In this document: piece by piece, positions 17,848-28,084 of the stretch | Numbering within the stretch: the first letter of the stretch is position 1 | How the letters are laid out: the number at the start of each line of letters is the position of its first letter | Source of the DNA: an uncultured Alphaproteobacteria bacterium | GTDB taxonomy: Bacteria > Pseudomonadota > Alphaproteobacteria > RF32 > CAG-239 | Direction of reading: 5' to 3' | Assembly: GCA_944392835.1 (NCBI GenBank) | Contig: CALXYB010000003.1 | Location: 2,179 to 66,178 of the forward strand | Length of the DNA stretch: 64,000 nucleotides | Position numbers and translations under genes: made by a program | Notes under the pieces: model-generated | Databases searched by the model: none | What the model was told of the DNA's origin: nothing | The model's input: the letters and a program-made list of their open reading frames with translations, nothing else

Positions 17848-18300
17848 AAATAAACTCCATAATAGCTTGCAACATCAAAGCCATATTGCAAGAAATTTCA
17901 CCAGCCGGCAGGCCGAGGGAGCATTTAAACTAAACCAAACACCCGTAGACACACGGGCTCAATCAACAGACTGTCAAAGCTTCAACCTTAAAGGGAAGCC
18001 TCGTATATAAAAACTCTCTCTTTGGCCTCGGGCATCTTTATTGCTTATTTATTATCTGTGCCCGAAACCCGGACCTTAATCCGGCAAAAATCTTTTCCTC
18101 ATCATTATATGCAAAGCACGCTTTTCGCCATGAAAAACGGCGGTACCGAAATTTAGGCCTTGAAAAAATGTTCCAAATTCTGTAAGAAGACCTAAAGCCG
18201 ATACATAAAAATACATATAATTCCGCTTTAGAATATACGATTTGATTTAAAACACAACAGCAAATTTATGCGGAAGATTAAGTTTTTTTGTTTGTGGTTT
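17848..18300 (-). promoter_or_regulatory. Long rne 5' leader or promoter region
   Basis: About 500 nt of non-coding DNA upstream of rne containing several stable hairpins (for example cacccgtagacacacgggc). rne genes commonly have long autoregulatory leaders. Confidence 0.3.
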
Positions 18301-18363
18301 TAACAGATTGGTAATAAGTATTCCTTATAATCAAAATATATAAGTTTAATTTTTGGGTAAGAT

Positions 18364-19605
18364 ATGAAGAAAGCGTTGAAAAATCTTTCACAATTTTTCG
18401 GATGCAGATTGTTTTGCAGTCTGCTGCTTTTGTGCGCTTTGTTCGTTTCTTTGCCGGCTGAGGCTGCCTCTGGTATCAAGTCTATGCGTATAGGACAGGG
18501 CGTGGGCACTGTTCGTATTGTTTTTGATGCGGATAAGAAGTTTGACTACAAAGTCTTTTTGCTGAACAATCCTAAGCGCTTGGTTGTGGATACTTTTGAT
18601 ATCAATGTCAGCAAAAAATTGGAAGATTATGATGATAAAAATAATTTAGTGAGCCAAACCCGCTTGGGAACTGTAGGAACAGATGGCACCCGAATTGTTT
18701 TTGACTTAAAGAAACCGGCAATCATCAAAAAAGCCTTTATGTTGCCGCCGCAGTCAACTTTCGGCTGGCGTTTTGTCGTGGATGTCTCTGTAGCTTCTGA
18801 ACGTGAGTTTGCCTCTAAAGTTGGTTCCGACCATATCTTCTCAAGCGATTCTGCCCCGACAAAAGTTGCCTCAAAATCTCGCTCTAATCCGGTGAAAGCA
18901 GTTAAAAAGGATTCTAAAAAAATTATTGTCTTAGACCCGGGACACGGCGGCCGAGACCCCGGAGCCATCGGTTATTCCGGCGTATACGAAAAGAACATTA
19001 CCTTGGCTATGGGCAAAGAGCTGAAAAAGATTTTGGAAAAAGAAGGCTATAAGGTTTATTTGACTCGCAGTACGGATATCTTCATTCCGCTGCGTGAGCG
19101 TGTGCGGATTGCGCGCCGCTATAAGGCAGATTTGTTCTTGTCTATTCATGCGGACAGCGCTGTCAACCGCAGTGCCAAGGGTTTGTCTGTTTATACGCTT
19201 TCAGAAACTGCATCAGACAAAGAAGCCGAGGCCTTGGCTGAAAGAGAAAATAAGGCTGATGTCATCGGCGGGCTTAATTTGGTGGAACACTCCAAAGAAG
19301 TTTCGGATATCTTAATCAATCTGGCACAGCGCGAGAGTATGAACCGTTCTTCAGAGTTTGCGACCTTTATGGTTCAGGAAATGCGCAAATCCGTTCAGTT
19401 GGTGGATAACACACACCGCTTTGCCGGTTTTGCCGTTCTAAAAGCGCCGGATATTCCGTCCGCCTTGCTTGAGATGGGCTATTTATCCAACCGTACGGAA
19501 GAGCGCTTGCTCAAACAAGCTTCTTACCGCAAAAAACTTGCCGTATCAACAACAAAGGCGGTTAACAAGTTTTTTGACAATATGCAACACGCTTCCATAT
19601 TTTAA
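18364..19605 (+). CDS. amiC: N-acetylmuramoyl-L-alanine amidase (AMIN domain plus Amidase_3)
   Basis: Signal peptide, N-terminal AMIN-like domain, and LDPGHGGRDPGA...SIHADS...GYLSN amidase_3 motifs. Confidence 0.85.
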   Translation: MKKALKNLSQFFGCRLFCSLLLLCALFVSLPAEAASGIKSMRIGQGVGTVRIVFDADKKFDYKVFLLNNPKRLVVDTFDINVSKKLEDYDDKNNLVSQTRLGTVGTDGTRIVFDLKKPAIIKKAFMLPPQSTFGWRFVVDVSVASEREFASKVGSDHIFSSDSAPTKVASKSRSNPVKAVKKDSKKIIVLDPGHGGRDPGAIGYSGVYEKNITLAMGKELKKILEKEGYKVYLTRSTDIFIPLRERVRIARRYKADLFLSIHADSAVNRSAKGLSVYTLSETASDKEAEALAERENKADVIGGLNLVEHSKEVSDILINLAQRESMNRSSEFATFMVQEMRKSVQLVDNTHRFAGFAVLKAPDIPSALLEMGYLSNRTEERLLKQASYRKKLAVSTTKAVNKFFDNMQHASIF

Positions 19606-19712
19606 TTTATAAAAATTATCCAACTATCATAAAATTTTGCTGTTCTATTGTGATAAATTGTAATAGATTGCAATTAACGCAAAAAATTAATCAATTTTTC
19701 GGATGCTTTTTT

Positions 19713-22181
19713 ATGTTTAAAACACTATCGTCTTTGTTAAGTACATTTTTCTTTTTCGCAGTTATTGGTTTTGTCATTATCATCAGTAGCTTGTGGAAAT
19801 ACGCCGGAGAACTACCTGACTATCATCAGCTGGAAAAATATGAGCCGCCGGTAACCACGCGTCTTTATGCCGGTGATGGTCAGCTCTTGATGGAATATGC
19901 GGCAGAAAAACGTTTCTTCGTGCCGATAGACAAGATTCCGGACCAAGTCAAAAATGCCTTCATTGCTGCTGAAGACAAAAATTTTTATACCCATGGCGGA
20001 ATTGATTATTTAGGCATCATTCGCGCCATGTTGGGCAATATCAAAAATATTGGCACGGGTCGTCGTCCGGCCGGAGCATCAACCATCACGCAACAAGTTG
20101 CCAAAAATATGTTGTTGTCCTCAGAGCTTTCTTATACGCGCAAAATCAAAGAGGCTATTCTGGCAACCCGAATTGAAAATGCTTTCAGCAAAGACCACAT
20201 TTTGGAATTATACCTAAATGAGATATATTTGGGAAATCGTTCTTACGGTGTTGCGGCCGCGGCTCTAAACTATTTTGGTAAGTCTTTGAACGAATTAAGC
20301 ATTGAGGAAATAGCTTATTTGGCAGCTTTGCCCAAAGGCCCGAACAATTATCACCCCAAACGCAAATATGAAGCGGCTGTCGGTCGCCGCAACTGGGTCT
20401 TAGACCGTATGGCGGAAGAGGGATACATTACGCAGGAAGAGGCAGATGAAGCCAAAGAGAAACCCTTGCTGACGGTAGAGCGCAGCAGCGGATTCTTAAA
20501 AAATGCCGAATATTTTAGCGAAGAGGTTAGACGTGAAATAAGCGGTGATTTCGGCGATGAAGCTTTGTATGAAGGCGGTCTGATTGTAAGAACAACTTTG
20601 GACCCGAAACTTCAAGATATTGCGACCAAAGTCTTTCATGATGAGATAATGAACTATGACCGCAGACATGGCTGGCGCGGTCCGGTTGCCAATATTGCTT
20701 TAGATGAAAAATATAAAGAAAATTTTGATAAGGTTGAAATGCCCAAAGGTGCGGATGCAGATTGGCAAAAAGCCATTGTTTTGGATGTAAAAGCAGATAA
20801 GGCCTTGATAGAAACGGCAGAGAATGAAAAGGGTGAGATACCTTTAAGTTTACTGAGCTGGGCAAGGAAAAATCTGCCCAAGACGCAAGATGTCGGCGGT
20901 GCGCCGAAAGCTGTTTCTGATGTTTTGCATAAGGGCGATGTTGTCTTTGTAGAAAGAATTGAGAAGAAAACGGCAGAAAAGAAAAAATTACCGGAAGATT
21001 CTTACGAACTTCGCCAGGTTCCGAATGCGGAAGGCGCGTTGATAGCAATGGATCCGCATACGGGAAAAGTTTTGGCTGTCGTCGGCGGTTATTCTTTTAA
21101 GAAGTCGCAGTTTAACCGAGCTACGCAGGCGCGCCGTCAAACCGGTTCAGCTTTCAAACCTTTTGTATATCTGACAGCTTTGGAAAACGGTTATTCCCCG
21201 ACAGATTTAATTTTGGATGCTCCCTTTGTTTTGGACCAAGGCGCAGGCTTACCGAAATGGAAACCGGTAAACTATTCCAAAAAGTTTTATGGCTTAATGA
21301 CTTTGCGGCAGGGTATTGAAAAATCGCGCAACCTAATGACGGTTCGTTTGGCACAAGATGTCGGTATGGATAAGGTTTCGGAGTTATCCAAGCGCATAGG
21401 CGTAAATCCGAACTTGCCGGAGCTGTTGTCAATGTCGCTCGGGGCCGGAGATACAAGACTGATAGATATGGCAAGCGCCTATGCCGTGATTGTCAATGGT
21501 GGTAAAAAGGTTGAGCCATATTTTATAGAGCGTATTCAAAACCGCGAAGGAAAAACGATTTTGAAGCAAGATAAAAGGGCTTGTGAAAATTGCAATGCCG
21601 ATAAGTTTGAAAATCAGGATATTCCGCTTTTAGCAGATGCAAGAGAGCAAATTGTTGATCCTTTGTCAGCTTACCAAATGACCAGCATTCTGGAAGGCGT
21701 AGCCGTGCGAGGTACAGGTGCCAGACTGCGCTCTATTGGCAAACACTTGGCCGGCAAGACCGGAACATCAAACCAGAACAAAGATGCTTGGTTTATGGGC
21801 TTTTCACCGGATTTGGTCGTCGGTGTCTATGTTGGTTTTGACGAACCGAGAACCTTGGGTAGAAGAGAAACGGGTGCTGCCGCGGCGTTACCGATATTCT
21901 ATGGCTTTATGAAAGAGGCCTTAGCCAACCAGCCGGATATCCCGTTCCGTATTCCGCAAGGAATTAAACTGGTCAGAATCAATCACGATACGGGCAAACC
22001 GGCAGTCCCGACAGATAAATCCGTAATTGTTGAGGCCTTGAAACCTGATTTTGATTTTGATAAAGTAGGCCAACGCGTTATCGGTAGCAATACCGAAGCC
22101 GAGAATGATAACAATGCCGAAGGCGGAGCCGTCTTTGAAAACTCATCTAACAGTGATTTTCAGTTAGGCGCGGAATATTAA
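19713..22181 (+). CDS. mrcA: Penicillin-binding protein 1A (bifunctional transglycosylase/transpeptidase)
   Basis: GT51 motifs (EDKNFYTHGGID, RKIKEA). Transpeptidase motifs SAFKPF (SxxK), SRN and KTGTS. ATG at 19713 preferred over the upstream GTG at 19650. Confidence 0.9.
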   Translation: MFKTLSSLLSTFFFFAVIGFVIIISSLWKYAGELPDYHQLEKYEPPVTTRLYAGDGQLLMEYAAEKRFFVPIDKIPDQVKNAFIAAEDKNFYTHGGIDYLGIIRAMLGNIKNIGTGRRPAGASTITQQVAKNMLLSSELSYTRKIKEAILATRIENAFSKDHILELYLNEIYLGNRSYGVAAAALNYFGKSLNELSIEEIAYLAALPKGPNNYHPKRKYEAAVGRRNWVLDRMAEEGYITQEEADEAKEKPLLTVERSSGFLKNAEYFSEEVRREISGDFGDEALYEGGLIVRTTLDPKLQDIATKVFHDEIMNYDRRHGWRGPVANIALDEKYKENFDKVEMPKGADADWQKAIVLDVKADKALIETAENEKGEIPLSLLSWARKNLPKTQDVGGAPKAVSDVLHKGDVVFVERIEKKTAEKKKLPEDSYELRQVPNAEGALIAMDPHTGKVLAVVGGYSFKKSQFNRATQARRQTGSAFKPFVYLTALENGYSPTDLILDAPFVLDQGAGLPKWKPVNYSKKFYGLMTLRQGIEKSRNLMTVRLAQDVGMDKVSELSKRIGVNPNLPELLSMSLGAGDTRLIDMASAYAVIVNGGKKVEPYFIERIQNREGKTILKQDKRACENCNADKFENQDIPLLADAREQIVDPLSAYQMTSILEGVAVRGTGARLRSIGKHLAGKTGTSNQNKDAWFMGFSPDLVVGVYVGFDEPRTLGRRETGAAAALPIFYGFMKEALANQPDIPFRIPQGIKLVRINHDTGKPAVPTDKSVIVEALKPDFDFDKVGQRVIGSNTEAENDNNAEGGAVFENSSNSDFQLGAEY

Positions 22182-22196
22182 GGAGAACAAAAGAAA

Positions 22197-23301
22197 ATGC
22201 GAGCCGAATTAAGCGAAATAGCCGCAAAAATTGAGCACTCATTGGAGCTGCTGAGGAGGTCTCTTTGACTATGACAATGCGTTGCTCCGCTTGGATGAAT
22301 TAAACACGCTTTCCGAAGACCCGAAATTATGGGACGATGCGGACAAAGCGCAACGCCTAATGTCTGAAAAAAACAATCTGGAAGAGGCCATCAATAATTA
22401 TCAGGAGATGGAGCGTTCATTAAAAGACCTGACAGATTTAGCCGAGATGGCGGAAGAAGAAGGCGACGAGGCTTTAGTTGCGGACATTCAGCAACAAATG
22501 GAAGATTTGGCACATCGGGCACAAAGAGGAGAACTGGAGGCTTTGCTTTCAGGTGAGGTAGATGCCAATGATGCTTATTTGGAAGTTCATGCCGGAAGTG
22601 GTGGCACCGAAGCTCAAGACTGGGCGGAAATGTTGCTCAGAATGTATTCTCGTTGGGCAGAAGCGCATAAATATAAGGTTGAATATGTGGAGGAAACGGA
22701 AGGCGATGTTGCCGGCATAAAATCCGTAACCATCAAAATCAGCGGACATAATGCTTATGGCTGGTTGAAGTCTGAAACAGGGGTGCACCGTCTGGTCAGA
22801 ATTTCGCCTTTTGACAGTGCGGGCCGTCGCCATACGAGTTTTGCTTCAGTCGGCGTATATCCGGTTATTGATGATAAGATAGAGATTGCAATTAACGAGG
22901 CAGATTGTCGGGTAGATACTTATAGAGCATCCGGTGCGGGCGGACAACATATTAACAAGACCGATTCTGCCGTGCGTATTACCCATATTCCGACAGGTAT
23001 TGTCGTGCAGTGCCAGAGCCAACGTTCACAGTTCCAAAACCGCGAGAGTGCATGGAATATGCTAAAAGCGCGTTTGTACGAGATTGAGCTCAAAAAGCGC
23101 GAGGCGGAAGCTCAGGGCATACGCGATTCTCAGGGAGATAATGGTTGGGGTTATCAGATTCGTTCGTATGTTTTGCAGCCCTACAAAATGGTCAAGGATT
23201 TGCGAACCGAAGCCGAAACCTCGGATACCAAAGCGGTGTTAGACGGCGATATTGACTTGTTTTTGTCTGCGGCTTTGGCTGGTAAGGTAGGCGCGGCATG
23301 A
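22197..23301 (+). CDS. prfB: Peptide chain release factor 2, expressed via programmed +1 frameshift at 22266
   Basis: Frame 0 runs ATG 22197 ... CTT(22263) TGA(22266). The +1 frame continues GAC TAT GAC ... to 23301. It contains SPF and GGQ ([19 protein letters not shown]). Confidence 0.92.
22254..22269 (+). promoter_or_regulatory. RF2 autoregulatory frameshift site
   Basis: AGGAGG tct CTT TGA C. This is an internal SD-like element 3 nt before the slippery CUU UGA C, matching the E. coli AGGGGG uau CUU UGA C architecture. Confidence 0.85.
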
Positions 23302-24143
23302 AAAAGTTTTTAGCCTATGTTATTGGGGTTTGCGCGGCGGTTTATGCCGTACTTTGCGGTTTGGTATTTTTTGTGCCGCAAATACTGTTTTATGCCCCAT
23401 CAAACATTGTCTCGGATATTGAGACGGCGAAAGAAAGCGGTTTGAATGTTGAGCAAATAGAATATAAGTCAGAGGATGGTACCAAACTTTGGGCATGGTA
23501 TGTAAAACCGAGCAACGGCAATGACAAAGTTGTCGTGTTCATGCATGGCAATGCACATAATATTGAGGGCTTTTTTCATAAGCTAGTGCCTTTTGCACGC
23601 AAGGGATACGGCATCTTTTTGCCTGAGTATAGAGGTTTTGGCGGGCTTGACGGCGAGATAAATCAAAAAAATTTGGAAGCAGATGCTTTGGCTGCGACAA
23701 CAGAGCTGCAAAATTTAGGATACAAAAATAAAGATATCATAATTTACGGAATGTCTTTAGGCTCGCATACAGCAGTTCATACGGCTTATGTTTTGCAAAA
23801 AGAAAATCCGGTTGCAGCGGTGGTGTTAGAGGTGCCGTTTGACAGCTTGGCTAATGTCGTTCAGGACAAAGTCAAAGTTCCGATGCCTTTGGAGTTTTTA
23901 ATGAAAGAGCATTATTACGACAATTTGGAGCTTGTTTCGCAAATAAAAAGTCCTGTTATGATAATGGGCGGCAATAAGGATGAGTTGGTTCCCGTAAAGC
24001 TTGCAAAAAATTTATATCAATTTGCGCAAGAACCGAAAAAAATGATTATATATCCTTATGCCGGGCATAATGATTTATACCGTTTTCGCAATTATAATGA
24101 CATAATTTCGTGGCTGGAGGAAAATGAAAAAGGTCTCAAATAA
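23298..24143 (+). CDS. Alpha/beta hydrolase (membrane-anchored)
   Basis: N-terminal TM, HGNAHN, nucleophile elbow GMSLGS and a late GHND histidine motif. Overlaps the prfB stop (ATGA). Confidence 0.7.
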   Translation: MKKFLAYVIGVCAAVYAVLCGLVFFVPQILFYAPSNIVSDIETAKESGLNVEQIEYKSEDGTKLWAWYVKPSNGNDKVVVFMHGNAHNIEGFFHKLVPFARKGYGIFLPEYRGFGGLDGEINQKNLEADALAATTELQNLGYKNKDIIIYGMSLGSHTAVHTAYVLQKENPVAAVVLEVPFDSLANVVQDKVKVPMPLEFLMKEHYYDNLELVSQIKSPVMIMGGNKDELVPVKLAKNLYQFAQEPKKMIIYPYAGHNDLYRFRNYNDIISWLEENEKGLK

Positions 24144-27100
24144 AATCTATAAAGCCCGTAAAATTATGGACTATACAGGCGTAGTCTTTCTGGTCTTGCT
24201 GCTGTTGTTTTTGTGGCAGCTTTATCGTGGTCCTATTGCCGTACCTTTTTTGAAGCCTTATATCATCAAGGCGCTCAATCATGATGATACCGAATATCAG
24301 GTAACGGTAGAAGCCGTAAACCTGGAGCTTGTGCGCTCCATCCAGCCGATTAAGATTATTGCCAATAATGTGGTTTATAAGAAAAATGACGGAACATTTA
24401 TTATCAATGCGCCCAAGACTTCTGTATCGTTTAGTATCAGAGCTTTATTAAGAGGTGTTATTGCGCCGAGCTCGGTAGAGGTCAATTCGCCTTCGGTTTA
24501 TTTGTTCACGACTTATGGTGTTAACAAGGATAACAAAAACGAGATAAATAAGAAAAAGCTGGAATATTATTTTGCCTCTTTTGAGGACTTTGTAGAAAGG
24601 TTTAATTCGGAAGACAAAGCTTATCCGGAGAGCTATATTAATGATATCGCAATCAAAAATGCAGAGCTGGAGTTTCATGAGGTAGATTTGGGGCGCAAAT
24701 GGGTTTTCTCGGATTTGAACTATACTTTTGAGCGTAATTTCACCAATATGGAAACAGACTTTAATGCTTTGCTTAAAATCAAGGATCGCATTTCAACCGT
24801 GGGGATTGATGCCGAATATCGCCCCGGCAGTAGTAAGTTGGGACTACGTTTCTATTTTTCGGACCTTGTTCCGGCAGATGTTGTTGATACATTTTTAGAA
24901 AAGCAGCTAAGCGAAAACTTATATTCCGTCAATCTGCCGATGAGCGGAAAGATAGAAGCCCTGATAGACTTTGCCGATGTCTTGCAACACAAAGATGATT
25001 TGATAAAAAGCTTGGACACGGCGGTTGAAAACATAAACTTCCAGTTTGAAGGCGGACAGGGAGATATAATGTTTTCTGAAGATGAAAATTCCAGATACGA
25101 CATAGCATCTTTCTTGCTGGAAGGAAATATCAACGGCGGGGTGGATAAGATAGAAATCAAAGATGCAGATTTTGACCTTGGTGGGCAAAAGACCAAGTTG
25201 GGATTGCAAATAAGCGGTATGAAAAAGTTTTTCTTTGAGAACTCCTTGGCTGATTTGCAGATTAAGGCGAGAGCAGATGTCAAAAAACTGGCTTTTGATG
25301 ACTTGAACAAATATTGGCCGAGATATGTCGGAGAAGATGCATGGCTCTGGGTAAAAGACAGCATCTATGGTGGAAACGTAGAAAATGCAACCTTTAAGCT
25401 TGAGTTTGACTATGATAAAAAATCAGGAAAACTAAAATTTGCTAATTTGGATGGTAAGGGAACGATAATAGATTCAAACTTGAATTATTTGAAAGGGATG
25501 CCGGATATTAAAAATATGTACGGCACGGCATATTTTACCGGAGACAGCATCAAGATAGATGTAGACAAAGGTGTCTCTAACGGCGTTATTTTGACTGGTG
25601 GCAGTGTTTTGCTGTATGATTTAGATAAGTATGACAACTTTGCCGATATTAACTTGCAAATTACCTCCAGCATAACCGATGCTTTGAAGTTGATAGATAA
25701 TCCACCGTTAGGCTATACCTCTGAAATGGGAATTGATGCCAATGCTATTCAAGGCGATGCCGAAACAAATTTGTCCTTAAAATTTGAACTCAAAAATGAC
25801 TTGGAACCGGATGAAGTAAAGGTAAATGTTAAGTCTGTTTTAACAAATGTAACTATTCCCCGCATTGTCCAAGAAAAAACGGTTAAGTCCGAAACACTTA
25901 ACTTGGTTGTAGATAATAACGGAATGTCTGTTATAGGAGATGCTTTGCTTGATGATATTCCTTTGCGCTTGGTTTGGGATGAAAACTTCCAAAGCAAAGA
26001 CTATAAGAGCAAATATAAAATCTCATTTAAGTTTGACGATAGCGTAAAGCAAAAGTTAGGCATAAATGTCGGGATGCTTAATCCGCCCTATATTGATGGC
26101 TATGCAGATGTAGATGCCGAGATAACCAAATATAATGATAAAAAATTTGATATAGATATTTTAGCTTCTTTAACCGACGCTACCATAGATTATTCATTTT
26201 TAGGGTTCAGAAAGCCGCTCAAGCAACAAGCAGCAATTAAGGCAAAGCTTTCTTTTGTGAATGATAAATTAGCAGATATTCCAAATTTTGGTTTATCTAA
26301 GGAGGACTTTAAGGTCAACGGCAATATCAAGTTGGATAATAAGGGTGAAGTTAAAGTTGTAGATATTACAAGAATCAAAGGCCCAAAAACTTCTGCCAAA
26401 GCCAAAATAGAATTTTTGAGCCAGCCAAATAAGAAAATAAAAATTAACATTTCAGGCAACAGCTATGATTTAACCGAGCTTTTTAAGCGGGATGAAGAAA
26501 GCATGAAGAGCAAAGCTCGCATAAAGAAGATGGAGCCAAGCAAACAAGAAGATGATAGCGAGTTGGAAAAAGTAACGGATACGGATATATTTATTGCTGT
26601 AAACAATTTGTGGACAAACCCAGACGTTCCGATAACCAATTTTGCAGGCTCGGCAGAATTGCGTAACGGCATAGGTTTTTCAGAGGTGCATCTGGTAGGC
26701 AATTTCGGAACAAGCACCAAAGCCCGAATCAAAGCAGATTATGTTCCCAAGCCCAATGGTGAATATTTCTTGTCAATTGATTCCAACAATGCCGGAAGTA
26801 CATTGAAGGTGTTGAGAGTTTATGAAAACATGCGTGGCGGAAATCTGAAGATAGAAGCCAGAAGAAATAAGGACAAGCAGTTTATCGGTCATGCCTCAAT
26901 CAGAGATTTCAATATTTATAATACGCCGATTATAGCCAAATTGTTGACAATGGCTTCCTTCACGGGAATGGTTAATTTATTAACCGGAGAGGGAATGGCA
27001 TTTTCTCATTTTGATGCTCCATTTGAGTACAAGAACAAAACCTTGTTTGTAACGAACGGTAAGGCTTTTGGAAATGTGATGGGCATAACAGGAAACGGCG

Positions 27101-27366
27101 CATATAACCGAGCAACTGAGGTTTTGGATGTTAAAGGTGTTATTGCTCCGGCCTATAGTATCAATACATTCATTGGAAAAATTCCGGTTGTCGGCAGCTT
27201 ATTAGCCGGAAAAGATGGTACGGTATTTGCCGCCAATTATACCATTGCGGGAGACATTGCTAATCCGAAAATAAGCATCAATCCATTATCCGCACTCAGT
27301 CCGAGTTCGCTGAAAGATTTGTTTTCAAATTTATTCGGAGATGATGACAATGTCAGAATCCGCTAA
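24124..27366 (+). CDS. Large AsmA/YhdP-like (DUF3971-type) envelope protein
   Basis: 1080 aa with a single N-terminal TM and a long beta-rich body. The C-terminal TIAGDIANPKISINPLSALSPSSLKDLF resembles the AsmA-like C-terminal region of YhdP/TamB relatives. Confidence 0.6.
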   Translation: MKKVSNKIYKARKIMDYTGVVFLVLLLLFLWQLYRGPIAVPFLKPYIIKALNHDDTEYQVTVEAVNLELVRSIQPIKIIANNVVYKKNDGTFIINAPKTSVSFSIRALLRGVIAPSSVEVNSPSVYLFTTYGVNKDNKNEINKKKLEYYFASFEDFVERFNSEDKAYPESYINDIAIKNAELEFHEVDLGRKWVFSDLNYTFERNFTNMETDFNALLKIKDRISTVGIDAEYRPGSSKLGLRFYFSDLVPADVVDTFLEKQLSENLYSVNLPMSGKIEALIDFADVLQHKDDLIKSLDTAVENINFQFEGGQGDIMFSEDENSRYDIASFLLEGNINGGVDKIEIKDADFDLGGQKTKLGLQISGMKKFFFENSLADLQIKARADVKKLAFDDLNKYWPRYVGEDAWLWVKDSIYGGNVENATFKLEFDYDKKSGKLKFANLDGKGTIIDSNLNYLKGMPDIKNMYGTAYFTGDSIKIDVDKGVSNGVILTGGSVLLYDLDKYDNFADINLQITSSITDALKLIDNPPLGYTSEMGIDANAIQGDAETNLSLKFELKNDLEPDEVKVNVKSVLTNVTIPRIVQEKTVKSETLNLVVDNNGMSVIGDALLDDIPLRLVWDENFQSKDYKSKYKISFKFDDSVKQKLGINVGMLNPPYIDGYADVDAEITKYNDKKFDIDILASLTDATIDYSFLGFRKPLKQQAAIKAKLSFVNDKLADIPNFGLSKEDFKVNGNIKLDNKGEVKVVDITRIKGPKTSAKAKIEFLSQPNKKIKINISGNSYDLTELFKRDEESMKSKARIKKMEPSKQEDDSELEKVTDTDIFIAVNNLWTNPDVPITNFAGSAELRNGIGFSEVHLVGNFGTSTKARIKADYVPKPNGEYFLSIDSNNAGSTLKVLRVYENMRGGNLKIEARRNKDKQFIGHASIRDFNIYNTPIIAKLLTMASFTGMVNLLTGEGMAFSHFDAPFEYKNKTLFVTNGKAFGNVMGITGNGAYNRATEVLDVKGVIAPAYSINTFIGKIPVVGSLLAGKDGTVFAANYTIAGDIANPKISINPLSALSPSSLKDLFSNLFGDDDNVRIR

Positions 27367-27841
27367 AATAAGAATAGGATTGGATTTTCACGGAGTTATA
27401 ACCGATAATCCGTCATATTTCAAAAACTTTGCCGCAGAAGCCTTAAAAAGAGGCATGGAAATATATATTATCAGCGGCGGGCCTAAGGCCACCATAGCAG
27501 AATATCTCAAGAAATGGCAAATTCCCTATACAACGATTTTTGCTATTTTAGATTATTATGATGCCAAGGGTTGCGTAAAGTTTTTTGACAATGGCGAATT
27601 TAAGGTTGACGATGAGCTGTGGAATTCCGCCAAAGCAACCTATTGCAAGGAACATCATATAGATTTGCACATAGACGATTCTTTATCTTACAGCGAAGGC
27701 TTCAGCACGCCTTTTTGCTATTATGACGGAGAAAACAAACAATGCCAGATAGAGGACCGTTGGCATATAAACTTCAAACATTCGCCTGAGCAAACCTTAA
27801 ACAATATTGAAGCATTTATCAAAGAACAAAGAGAAAAATAG
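27341..27841 (+). CDS. Hypothetical protein, possibly HAD-like with degenerate motif I
   Basis: IGLDFHGVITDNP resembles HAD motif I, but with His in place of the second Asp. A late DDS motif is present. The call is weak. Confidence 0.4.
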   Translation: MMTMSESAKIRIGLDFHGVITDNPSYFKNFAAEALKRGMEIYIISGGPKATIAEYLKKWQIPYTTIFAILDYYDAKGCVKFFDNGEFKVDDELWNSAKATYCKEHHIDLHIDDSLSYSEGFSTPFCYYDGENKQCQIEDRWHINFKHSPEQTLNNIEAFIKEQREK

Positions 27842-27842
27842 A

Positions 27843-28073
27843 TTATAAATTTTTGATGGCATAATCTCTATATTCTCTAAGACTTTTTTCGGAAAGCGAA
27901 GTGTCAGCGTTTAGATTGCGTAAATCAGAAATTTCTTCCATTTTAATACGGCAAATTTTATCTAAAGACTTTGCAGCAGCCTGATTAGTCATATCAGGAA
28001 TAAAATCAAATTTCTTTTCGGTTTCATCAAGTGTGTTAAAATTTTGTTGCAAGTAAAATTTATGTAAATTCAT
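27843..28073 (-). CDS. Hypothetical small protein co-transcribed with the repressor
   Basis: Start chosen at MNLHKFY (ATG 28073) with AAGGAA 7 nt upstream, 11 nt after the repressor stop. Confidence 0.45.
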   Translation of the reverse strand: MNLHKFYLQQNFNTLDETEKKFDFIPDMTNQAAAKSLDKICRIKMEEISDLRNLNADTSLSEKSLREYRDYAIKNL

Positions 28074-28084
28074 TAATCTGTTCC

